From positions 60,001 to 92,000 of the forward strand of contig JBHLRO010000003.1 of the NCBI GenBank assembly GCA_048882505.1: a stretch of 32,000 nt of DNA, written 5' to 3'. Of the stretch, positions 7,917-16,468 are shown one piece after another (the first letter of the stretch is position 1; each line of letters opens with the position of its first letter). Position numbers and translations under genes: made by a program. Source of the stretch: Candidatus Thorarchaeota archaeon. GTDB lineage: Archaea > Asgardarchaeota > Heimdallarchaeia > Hodarchaeales > Hodarchaeaceae. The notes beneath the pieces are model-generated. The model was not told the origin of the DNA and searched no databases. It was given only the letters and a program-made list of their open reading frames with translations.

Positions 7917-9023
7917 TTATCCCATAGCACAACGATTTGGACCAATTTCTAATTCTTGGATCTGATCAGGAGCTAAGAATAGTCGTCCGCAATTTATTTG
8001 AACTATGGTTCTGTAAGACGGCGGTTTCTGGATTTTTTTAATACTTTCAACCGCACTCGTTACGAAAATATCCTTTTCAGTTTTATGAACAGGATCCTGA
8101 GTAAAATCTTCTATGGTAGTAATAATCGGTTTATGGAAGTGATCCATGGCGAACTTGCCATGATGGGCCGCAGCGATAAATTCGTTTGCCGGTAGTCTTG
8201 CGATTGTCGTAGTTAATGTGTGGAAAAGATCGCTAGCAAACTCTTCGACCTTGTCCGCGAGATCTGGTCTTCCGATACCGTCAGCAAAGACTGTATCACC
8301 AGTAAATATACCCTGATGCTTTATTCGAATTGTTGTTGATCCTTTAGTATGGCCAGGTGTATGCATTGCTATAATAGAGTAATTTCCAACTTGGATGGAA
8401 TCATTATTTTGCATTGGGGTAAATTCGAAATCGAAAGGATCATACGTGGAGAGACGGAGTTCTGCATCCATTTTGCTAGACAGCTCACGAGCTCCGGAAA
8501 CATGATCTGCATGGCAATGAGTATCGAGAACGTGCGTAACCGTTAAGCCTTCATTGTCAATATAAGCCAGGTATGGTTGGATGTCATAGACCGGGTCAAT
8601 AACCACTGCTTCATCCTCATGCGAAACTATATAGGAAAGGCATCCCTTGGCGATTCTTCGAAATTGCGTAACGCGAAGATTGGGCTCCTTCGTTGGAATT
8701 TGAACCGGGTCAAGAACACTACTCCATTTTTTCAGACCACCACGTAGAGACCGGGCATTTATCCCTTGGGAGCGAAGAATTTTTGCCGCCATGGCGGAAT
8801 CGTTACCACGTGTGCAGATAGTGACGATGTTTCTGTTTTTGAATTCGGTTCCAAGTTCTCGCTTCTCGAATAGCTCCCGGAGTGGCATGTTTTGGCTATC
8901 TAATAGGTTCCAGTCATAAAAGGCCTGGGGAGATCTAACATCGATAAGAGCCAGATCTTCCTGCGCTTGGAGCTTATCGTGTAGTTCCTTGGCCGAGATT
9001 TCCAGAGCTGGATCAAGGTTCAT
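7917..9023 (-). CDS. Rhodanese domain fused to an MBL-fold hydrolase (persulfide dioxygenase-like)
   Basis: N-terminal rhodanese (LIDVRS, active loop CTRGNDS, SLRGGLKKW), then MBL motifs THCHADH, HTPGHT, FTGDTVF, and a C-terminal NRCA. Confidence 0.92.
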   Translation of the reverse strand: MNLDPALEISAKELHDKLQAQEDLALIDVRSPQAFYDWNLLDSQNMPLRELFEKRELGTEFKNRNIVTICTRGNDSAMAAKILRSQGINARSLRGGLKKWSSVLDPVQIPTKEPNLRVTQFRRIAKGCLSYIVSHEDEAVVIDPVYDIQPYLAYIDNEGLTVTHVLDTHCHADHVSGARELSSKMDAELRLSTYDPFDFEFTPMQNNDSIQVGNYSIIAMHTPGHTKGSTTIRIKHQGIFTGDTVFADGIGRPDLADKVEEFASDLFHTLTTTIARLPANEFIAAAHHGKFAMDHFHKPIITTIEDFTQDPVHKTEKDIFVTSAVESIKKIQKPPSYRTIVQINCGRLFLAPDQIQELEIGPNRCAMG

Positions 9024-9106
9024 ATGCTAAGCTCCGATTTTTTTTTGTTAAAAGTTTGCTTTGCTTTATCCAAAATAGGTCATCAAAAGAAGCCATTATG
9101 GTGTTA

Positions 9107-9415
9107 TTAACCGTCATTGCATCCGTTTTGTCCGCCATTACCTCCTTCAATATCGCCTTCAATTCCACCTTTTCCCAATATGTTTTTTATCTTGTTAACT
9201 CCTTTTCCCAGATAATCAGTATTATTATCCACATATAGCAGAACAGCAGCGCCTCCTCGGAGAACTGTTGCGGGTGTTATCAAAACCAAAAGGGGATGTG
9301 GGGGAGACACGGGAACTGAGGTAGTAAAAGGGGGTACAGTTTGCTGTGTATACAGTAATTCGACTGATCCCACGGCTACATTCAGATTGTATGAAGTAAT
9401 CAGTCCTATATCCAT
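9107..9415 (-). CDS. Hypothetical fragment: S/T/P linker, hydrophobic segment and Gly-rich tail
   Basis: TVPPFTTSVPVSPPHP-LLVLITPATVLRGGAAVLLYV-...GKGVNKIKNILGKGG. It resembles the C-terminal anchor of a surface protein and may be a remnant. Confidence 0.3.
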   Translation of the reverse strand: MDIGLITSYNLNVAVGSVELLYTQQTVPPFTTSVPVSPPHPLLVLITPATVLRGGAAVLLYVDNNTDYLGKGVNKIKNILGKGGIEGDIEGGNGGQNGCNDG

Positions 9416-9610
9416 TGAAACCCGAAAATGCAAATTGAAGGTTTTTTACTCGCCTATATTTTCGCAAACAACCGTATATTCTCCTGAAGAAATGAACCAA
9501 TTTGGTTCTTTTATTTCAAAAATAATTGTATTTGACAACGTCAAAAATCTAGTCTCTGGCGAAAAAGAAAATTAACCTGACCTTTTCTGATATCAATTGA
9601 GGTAGCTGGT

Positions 9611-11056
9611 TTGCTGAACACCGTTGAAGAATGGTTGGAAACCCATTCCCAGAAATTTATTGCCATAAGTGACAGAATATGGGAATATGCCGAAATTGGA
9701 TTATTAGAAGGGAAATCCGCAAGTTTACTGATTTCAATTTTGAAAGAAGCTGGATTTCAAGTCAAAAAGGGGCTTGCAAATATGCCGACGGCCTTTATTG
9801 CAACATACGGGACAGAAAAACCTGTTATTGCAATCTTGGGGGAATTTGACGCATTACCTGGTCTTAGTCAAGAAAGAATACCGAGAAAAAAACCCGTAAG
9901 AGAGGGAAACCCAGGACATGGATGTGGTCACAACCTCTTGGGAGTCGCAGGCTTGGCAGCCGCCTTGGCGATTAAGGAAGTAATCCAGACGAAGAATATC
10001 AAAGGAACGATTAGTTATTATGGATGTCCTGCCGAGGAGAACGCTGATGCTAAAGGAGGCCTTGTTAAAGAAGGATACTTTAAAGATGTGGACATATCCT
10101 TAACCTGGCACCCCTCTGATCTTAATCATATCTATTCAACAAATTTCCAGGCTATATATTCTGCGGTTTTCAAATTCCAAGGCCGATCTGCTCACGCGGC
10201 TGCTGATCCATTCAGCGGTCGATCCGCACTCGATGCGGTCGAGTTGATGAATATAGGCTGTAATTATCTTCGTGAACATATAATTCCAGGAGGCCAAGTC
10301 CATTACACAATCACAAAAGGAGGAGAGGCCCCCAATATCGTCCCAGACCAAGCGGAGGTATGGTATTTCGTTAGAGCACCCAACCTAAATCAAGTACGAG
10401 AAATTTATGATCGCGTGGTAAAAGTTGCAGAAGGAGCCGCATTAATGACAGAAACCGAGGTAGAGGTAGAATTCCACGGCGGATCAGCTAATCTCTTGCC
10501 CAATATTGCTCTCGAAAACTTGCTGTACGGGAAAATGAGAGAAATCGGCGCACCATCCTATGATCCAGACGACTATCAATTTGCGGCAGAAATTCAGAGT
10601 ACTTTAGAAGCCAATTATTTCGATAACTACCTAACAACAATGCCTCAAGACATGAAGAAAGAAGTGGAGCAGTTACGTGAACTTAAGCTTTGTGATAGAG
10701 TTCTTCCAATTGTAGGTCGGGGAATTACCATGCCAGGATCTACCGATGTCGGTGATGTCAGTTGGGTAACTCCATTGGCACAATTTGGAACTGCATGTTC
10801 CGTTATTGGTACACCGGGCCATTCTTGGCAATTTGTTGCGCAAGCAGGTATGAGTATTGGCCATAAAGGGATGTTATTTGCTTCAAAAGTTTTGGTTCTA
10901 TCGGCGTTGGAGCTAATGCAAAACCCAGATTTGGTTGAAGAAGCTCGTCGAGAGTTTAACAAGAAAATAAAGAAAACACCTTATATTAGTCCCCTAGCGG
11001 ATGATTGGAAACCTCCATTGGAACATATTCGGAAGACTTTTGGCAAAAAAATCTGA
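9611..11056 (+). CDS. M20 amidohydrolase, AbgB-like (p-aminobenzoyl-glutamate hydrolase subunit B family)
   Basis: EFDALPGLSQ, GHGCGHNLLG, GCPAEE, WHP, SAHAAADP, GRSALDAVELM, GSTDVGDVSW, GHSWQ. SD GAGGT precedes the TTG start. Confidence 0.93.
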   Translation: MLNTVEEWLETHSQKFIAISDRIWEYAEIGLLEGKSASLLISILKEAGFQVKKGLANMPTAFIATYGTEKPVIAILGEFDALPGLSQERIPRKKPVREGNPGHGCGHNLLGVAGLAAALAIKEVIQTKNIKGTISYYGCPAEENADAKGGLVKEGYFKDVDISLTWHPSDLNHIYSTNFQAIYSAVFKFQGRSAHAAADPFSGRSALDAVELMNIGCNYLREHIIPGGQVHYTITKGGEAPNIVPDQAEVWYFVRAPNLNQVREIYDRVVKVAEGAALMTETEVEVEFHGGSANLLPNIALENLLYGKMREIGAPSYDPDDYQFAAEIQSTLEANYFDNYLTTMPQDMKKEVEQLRELKLCDRVLPIVGRGITMPGSTDVGDVSWVTPLAQFGTACSVIGTPGHSWQFVAQAGMSIGHKGMLFASKVLVLSALELMQNPDLVEEARREFNKKIKKTPYISPLADDWKPPLEHIRKTFGKKI

Positions 11057-11125
11057 TGCTTGATTACGAAAAAGTAGAATAAAAGAAGGAGATTGAAAGG
11101 TATGCTTCACAAATCATTATGAAGG

Positions 11126-12004
11126 CTACCTTTCTTTGATAGGACAATACAGATCCAGAATGAGATTTTCAGGCGAAGCTCGAGGGTTAAGTGCCCTTTC
11201 TAAGCAGGGAAATTCACCAAAATCATATTCCTTTGATTCTTTGACCCACTCACCCAATTGTTTCCAAGCGGGAATTATATTGTCGTCGTTTACTATCAAT
11301 CTTGTCGTAGTTACGGCATATAATCCTCCTGAAAACTCTTTTACCTCAATTTCCCCTTCAGGTTCGATTTCAGGTTCAACTCTTACCCAGAATTCATACC
11401 CGTATTCTTCCTTACCTGGCGAGGGATCCGGATTATTGAATCCAAAAACCGGATGTTTTTCAAGATCATCAAACAGCCCTAGTTTTTCGGCCCAAGGTTG
11501 AATTTTCTTCCAGGCATCATTTTCCGGACTCTTACTTATCGCTTGTACACTTGCTACCCGCATAGGATCGAGCTCAACAATTCGAACGTCCAGATTGCTT
11601 ACATCAATGGATTTCATGGTATCATCTCCATACGTTGTATAGCGCCCAATCAAGCGCTGGATTTTTTCCAACCTTTCTTGTTCACGAAGTTTAATTTCCA
11701 AGAAACTTCGAGCGTAATACTCTAGGATGCTTTCACCGTCAAATGATAATCTGTACACGCCTCTTTCTAGTTTTTGAACCAGATTCTTGGAGATCAGGAC
11801 GTTGAGATGATTTCCAAGGGCACTTTTTTGGAGTTCAGTCTTTTCCTGTAAATCAGCGAATGTTTTAGGTTCGGATGCCATCAGTGTAAGGATCTGTAAT
11901 CTTTGAGGATGATCAATCGCCTTGAGAAGGGAAACCATCTCGTCAAGTGATTCTAGAACAAACCGTTGCATCGCAACACGTGACTCGAAAGGTGGATCAC
12001 CCAT
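11126..12004 (-). CDS. ArsR-type wHTH regulator fused to a GyrI-like small-molecule-binding domain
   Basis: LLKAIDHPQRLQILTLM...FADLQEKTELQKSALGNHLNVL is the wHTH; RIVELDPMRVAS...FGFNNPDP...YGYEFWV...GGLYAV...CLER is GyrI-like. I prefer ATG 12004 (SD GGAGGAG upstream) to the track start at 12097. Confidence 0.9.
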   Translation of the reverse strand: MGDPPFESRVAMQRFVLESLDEMVSLLKAIDHPQRLQILTLMASEPKTFADLQEKTELQKSALGNHLNVLISKNLVQKLERGVYRLSFDGESILEYYARSFLEIKLREQERLEKIQRLIGRYTTYGDDTMKSIDVSNLDVRIVELDPMRVASVQAISKSPENDAWKKIQPWAEKLGLFDDLEKHPVFGFNNPDPSPGKEEYGYEFWVRVEPEIEPEGEIEVKEFSGGLYAVTTTRLIVNDDNIIPAWKQLGEWVKESKEYDFGEFPCLERALNPRASPENLILDLYCPIKER

Positions 12005-12045
12005 ACGTATTTCTCCTCCGTTTATATCAATGGTTTCTGGAATTA

Positions 12046-12066
12046 TTAAACTTTTGGAAAGTTTAA
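12046..12066. promoter_or_regulatory. Perfect 9-3-9 inverted repeat, candidate operator
   Basis: TTAAACTTT-TGG-AAAGTTTAA, about 40 bp upstream of the regulator start in the divergent regulator/DMT intergenic region. Confidence 0.6.
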
Positions 12067-12096
12067 CAACGGGAAGACGTGAATATAAGCATTTCA

Positions 12097-12120
12097 TGAA
12101 TACTTGAATACTTGAATATT
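12097..12120. repeat. Three tandem 8-bp direct repeats TGAATA(C/T)T
   Basis: TGAATACT TGAATACT TGAATATT at 12097-12120, plus TGAATATA at 12080-12087. Confidence 0.8.
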
Positions 12121-12186
12121 ATACCAAAAAAGGATCTCTTTTAAACACGCAGAAGTTTCGTAAGGTACACAAATTACGGAGGAGTA

Positions 12187-13122
12187 ATGTCGCAGAATCT
12201 TACAAGAGCGTATTTAGGAGTGAGTTTTGCAATATTTGGGTGGGGACTTTCCACTACATTTGTAGAGTTTGGATTAGAATTTATAGCACCTCTACCGTTT
12301 TTGACGCTTAGATTTTTTACGGCCACAGCAATTATTACCCCTATTGTCATCACGACGCGATGGTCAGAGGTTAAGGAATTGTTACTTAATGGGGGCGTCT
12401 GGTTGATTGCGATTTTCGAAGTTACGGGATTGATTTTCCAGTATATCGGTCAACAGAGCGTTCCAGCAGGATTGTCATCCCTGCTAACCATGATGAATAT
12501 CCTTCTTGTTCCGTTTTTGGCACGAATGGTTCTTCGGGAAAACCTGCAGATTTTCAATATTACTGCGGTTTTGTTGGGAATGTTAGGAGTTTTTTTCATT
12601 GTTAGTGAAACATATCCCAGCAATGGTATGTCTTCTGGTCCCAATTTTATTTATGGGGTACTTTTCCTCCTTGGATCGGCATCGAGTTATGCGTTTTATC
12701 AAATTGTAACTAAGCGTACCACATCGGTTACAAACCCCGACGTCGATACATTGTCATTATTCTTTGTTGTTATGTTGTTAATCTCTTTGATGAGTTTAAG
12801 TGTTACCATCGTCTTATCAAACTTCGTGGTAACGCGCCTAGTTAACTTTCAGACGCCTGCGTGGCTTTGGATCTTCCTACTCGCAATATTTTCTACTATT
12901 ATCGCCTTTATAGGGCATTTTGAATCTACCAAGGGGATACAGGCCAACGTTCTTTCCATATTGCTTCTATTCCAATTCGTGATTCCTGTTATCATTGATA
13001 TAGCCTTTCTCGAAATCTCTTATGGTATATCGACGATCATTGGAGGAGGCTTAATCGTTTTTGCGATGTTCATAGTTGTGTATTTCCCGTATCGAAAAAG
13101 GAGTCGTGTTATGCCCTATTAG
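12187..13122 (+). CDS. DMT/EamA-family transporter
   Basis: About 10 hydrophobic segments in two repeats; WGLS, LTLRFF, YIGQQSVPAGLSSLL, GGGLIV. Confidence 0.92.
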   Translation: MSQNLTRAYLGVSFAIFGWGLSTTFVEFGLEFIAPLPFLTLRFFTATAIITPIVITTRWSEVKELLLNGGVWLIAIFEVTGLIFQYIGQQSVPAGLSSLLTMMNILLVPFLARMVLRENLQIFNITAVLLGMLGVFFIVSETYPSNGMSSGPNFIYGVLFLLGSASSYAFYQIVTKRTTSVTNPDVDTLSLFFVVMLLISLMSLSVTIVLSNFVVTRLVNFQTPAWLWIFLLAIFSTIIAFIGHFESTKGIQANVLSILLLFQFVIPVIIDIAFLEISYGISTIIGGGLIVFAMFIVVYFPYRKRSRVMPY

Positions 13123-13219
13123 CGCCATATTGCGAACAATCTCCTTCAAACGCTCTCCTGCTTTGGCAAGTTCCTTTTTCAATCATGGGCGCAGAGGGTG
13201 CCTCATCAAAGGGGATCTC

Positions 13220-13375
13220 TTAGCCACTATGAGACTTATTCACGCCATATAAGTCCATCTTTGAAGTCTTGCTGGTGGCGTAGTTGTACCGAATATTGAC
13301 AGTCTCTCCAATTTCCCCTGAGCTGGGTACCCTATACATCACCCTGTATCTAAAAAGGCGATGTTTACTCCTATA
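13220..13375 (-). pseudogene. Possible decayed subtilase (S8) fragment
   Basis: GVNIAFLDTG (13371-13342) is followed by TGA and YPAQGK; an adjacent frame gives RYNYATSKTSKMDLYG. These resemble GVxIAxLDTG..HPxLxGK and YDF....PMDxxG. Confidence 0.25.
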
Positions 13376-14004
13376 AAAAACCTCGTATTCTATCAGATTC
13401 AATTGCCAAGATTGAGTCTTAAATGTAAGAGTCGTATTATATTATATTCGTCGTCTTTTGATTTCCGCCGTCTCTTGGTTGATGAATTTTGAGGAAGCAT
13501 TTTATTGAAGATTTTCTCTTCTTCAACAGTATTCTTTTTATGACCCATTGGTCTCCGCTCTTTCTGGATTTATATTGAACTCCGCATGTAATAAACATTT
13601 CCATCACCGAAACTCAGCGCTCAAAATGGAATTCAAACGGGGATTCAAGGGATATGGGAGGAGGAAAGAGACTGATCCAGATGTTCCTGCGGATATTAGG
13701 TACATTGTGTAACCTTCTTGCGAGGTAGGGCAATATTTGGCAATATTGAGAAATACTCGAAGAATCTATTCAAAGGGAATTTCAGACCCCTTGTTGATTA
13801 AACATCCTCACATTTACAGCATGTTTTTCTTTCATTGGGAGTAGAATCAATCTACAGGACTTATACCGTGATAGTGATACCAAGTAGATTATTACTGAAA
13901 GAATCACTCATCCTTTGATATCTGACGAGGTTCGATGGCTTTTCACTATATTTAAATGATTCTTGACATGAGTCTCATTAATCAACCATTGGAGGTTTTT
14001 AACT

Positions 14005-15201
14005 CTGAAAGAAGGGCTTGTTAAGCGGATTGACACGAATTATACCCAAAGAATACTAAAAGACATGATCCGAATTAATTCGATCGTTGGATTAGAACTG
14101 GAATTAGCGAACTACCTCCAAAACGAACTAGATGCACTCGGATTAACGTGTAGGATGGAAGAGATTGAGCCCAAGCGTCCAAATGTGTATGCTTTTCTGG
14201 GGGGTTCAAAGCCAGGAAAAAAACTGAATTTCAATGGCCATATGGACACCGTCCCGGTTGTGGAAGATTGGGATACTGATCCATTTAATCCAGTAATTTC
14301 AGATGGAAAATTATATGGATTGGGTTCTTGTGATATGAAGGCGGGAATCGCCTGTATCCTTACAATGATAAAAGCATTTGTCGAAGAGGAGCATCAATTT
14401 CAAGGGCAATTATCCTTTTCGGCCGTAATCGACGAGGAAGCATATGGAAAGGGGGCCAAAGCGATGCTTAAATCGGAATTAGCTAATGTTGATGCGATTG
14501 TATTGGCAGAACCATTCCCTGGGAATGAATCGAAACCCATTCCACTGGGAATAACTGGCAAGGTTCTATACGACGTTCATGTTCACGGAAAGGCTGCCCA
14601 TGGATTTCAGCCTGAACTTGGAGTCAATGCAATTGAGGAACTTAGTAAAATACTGGTAAATTTAGATCGACTAAGTTTCGAAGTCCATTCGGAATTTGGT
14701 AAAGGAAACTACTCCACCTTAAAAATCGAAGGAGGTTACCGAGAAATCTATTCAGTTGTTGTTCCTGCTATCGCACGAGCGGAAATTAATCGTTTGCTCG
14801 TTCCCGGAGAAACGGTTCGAACGGCCATAACCGATATGAAGAATCTAGTGAACTCCCTTGATTTATCTGCGAAGGTGGAAGTCAAAACAAAGCCTCCTCG
14901 TTATGAATCCTTTGTTTTAGATAAAGAGGAGTTGATTTTCCAGATTTTAAACCCAATATATGCCGAAATTATGGGAAAAGCCCCCCGATATGGATATACA
15001 TCGGGGATTACTGATGCAAACATATTCGCAGGAGAGGGAGGTATCCCTTGTCTCCATTTAGGACCGCCCCAAGTTGTAGCGCATCAAAAAAACGAATTTG
15101 TATCATTAGAATGGCTACCGGCGCTTTCCAAAATGTATACATTAATTGCAGCACGATTTCTGTCAGGAGAAAGATTACTAGGAACTGAAATTCGAACTTG
15201 A
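14005..15201 (+). CDS. M20 ArgE/DapE-family deacylase/peptidase (probable CTG start at 14005; track start 14065)
   Basis: FNGHMDTVP, LYGLGSCDMKAG, DEE, AEP, GKAAHG, GVNAI, TDAN, GPPQVVAHQKNE. The frame is open upstream (LKEGLVKRIDTNYTQRILKDMIRINS), and GGAGGT lies 8 nt before the CTG. Confidence 0.92.
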   Translation: MKEGLVKRIDTNYTQRILKDMIRINSIVGLELELANYLQNELDALGLTCRMEEIEPKRPNVYAFLGGSKPGKKLNFNGHMDTVPVVEDWDTDPFNPVISDGKLYGLGSCDMKAGIACILTMIKAFVEEEHQFQGQLSFSAVIDEEAYGKGAKAMLKSELANVDAIVLAEPFPGNESKPIPLGITGKVLYDVHVHGKAAHGFQPELGVNAIEELSKILVNLDRLSFEVHSEFGKGNYSTLKIEGGYREIYSVVVPAIARAEINRLLVPGETVRTAITDMKNLVNSLDLSAKVEVKTKPPRYESFVLDKEELIFQILNPIYAEIMGKAPRYGYTSGITDANIFAGEGGIPCLHLGPPQVVAHQKNEFVSLEWLPALSKMYTLIAARFLSGERLLGTEIRT

Positions 15202-15217
15202 TGAAATTTGTCACATT

Positions 15218-15889
15218 ATGATAAGCGTGGACTATTCAATGACCTTGGAAATAAGGTACCTACCTATAACAGCAGATCAATGGTTTCCGGATCGGTGTTT
15301 AAGTATAAAACAACCTCTTAGCGTTTATAGGATCAAACCTGAGACGGGATGTCCAAGTTTATCATTGTTTTATACTCAGGGAGATCGCAAAATTCTTGAA
15401 GATCTGTATCAAGGTGCTCTGGAACGGTATGGATGTTGTGGTCACCTAGCCTGGCAAGGTGACCAAGTAATAGGATTTAACACATTTTTTCCGTGGGAAT
15501 TATCGCGTCGTATCAAGTTTTATGGGTGGGGTAGCGATCAGATAAAGGCCCCAGGAGAAACATTAATTCATAACTGCATTTCTTTGATCAATCATTCTAA
15601 ATATCGTAGAAAGCAGATCGGATCCAATCTGATTAAGTACTCATTGAATTGGGGAAGGAACAATGGTTGGAAAAGATTTGAGGTTTATAATGTCCTACCC
15701 AACAATAACGAGGCGTTTACAAGTGAACAAAAATCCTGCGTATCATTTTGGGAAAAGTTAGGATTCTCTGTATTTCATACCGAAAAAGCCTCAGATGAGC
15801 TAAACAAACTCTACAACATACATAGAGTGTTTTACATGTATATTGGCCTTCAAGATAATCCGAAATTGGACAAAATCTTGGCCCTTTAA
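15218..15889 (+). CDS. GNAT-family acetyltransferase
   Basis: Motif A YRRKQIGSNLI, GHLAWQGDQVIGF, SFWEKLGF. Several Cys residues in the N-terminal half. Confidence 0.8.
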   Translation: MISVDYSMTLEIRYLPITADQWFPDRCLSIKQPLSVYRIKPETGCPSLSLFYTQGDRKILEDLYQGALERYGCCGHLAWQGDQVIGFNTFFPWELSRRIKFYGWGSDQIKAPGETLIHNCISLINHSKYRRKQIGSNLIKYSLNWGRNNGWKRFEVYNVLPNNNEAFTSEQKSCVSFWEKLGFSVFHTEKASDELNKLYNIHRVFYMYIGLQDNPKLDKILAL

Positions 15890-16099
15890 TAACGGACTCT
15901 TCATGAGGGATCTATTGCACAAGCGAAGACACTTGCGTGTTAACGGGTTTAACAGGTAAATCGCCATTTTTATCAGGATTTGGATAACCTATTTACATCC
16001 CTTTTTATAGGAAATTGACTGAATTTAATAATTGAGAGAGATACCTTCTCTCGGATTTACCGTTTCACGACATAATGATTTCTTAGGGTTGATGAATCA

Positions 16100-16435
16100 A
16101 TGGACGAGTTTGATCTAATCCGAATTGCTCTATTTGGCATTTGCATGATGATTAGTATTGTCACCATCTTGAAACAAACAAGACTGTCCGGTGTGTTTGG
16201 AACGAGTAATAAATTGATCAGTACAGGCGTTCTAATGCTATCCATAACTTTTCTTACTCAAACCATTTATGCATTCATAGGGATTCAGGATCCCATTTGG
16301 CATCCTATAATTCAGCTCGTTTTACTCATGAGTACCTCTTTGGGATTAGGTCTTATCTTTTTTGGATTATGGAAAGTTACCTTATTCTTCGACGAGCTAC
16401 ACAATCAGGCAGTAGGATCTCCTAGTTCGACTTAG
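16100..16435 (+). CDS. Small 3-TM membrane protein
   Basis: 111 aa with three clear hydrophobic helices, 33 bp upstream of the longin gene on the same strand. Confidence 0.8.
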   Translation: MDEFDLIRIALFGICMMISIVTILKQTRLSGVFGTSNKLISTGVLMLSITFLTQTIYAFIGIQDPIWHPIIQLVLLMSTSLGLGLIFFGLWKVTLFFDELHNQAVGSPSST

Positions 16436-16468
16436 GCCTAAGAATTGTCAAGTTAAGAGGTTTAATCA

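Noticed and set aside
12005-12097. 31-codon N-terminal extension of the ArsR-GyrI ORF
   Set aside because: A strong SD precedes ATG 12004, and the extension covers the palindrome and promoter-like sequence.
13339-13341. TGA right after GVNIAFLDTG as a possible selenocysteine or read-through codon
   Set aside because: The position is not a Cys/redox site, the frame stops again soon after, and I see no SECIS-like hairpin.
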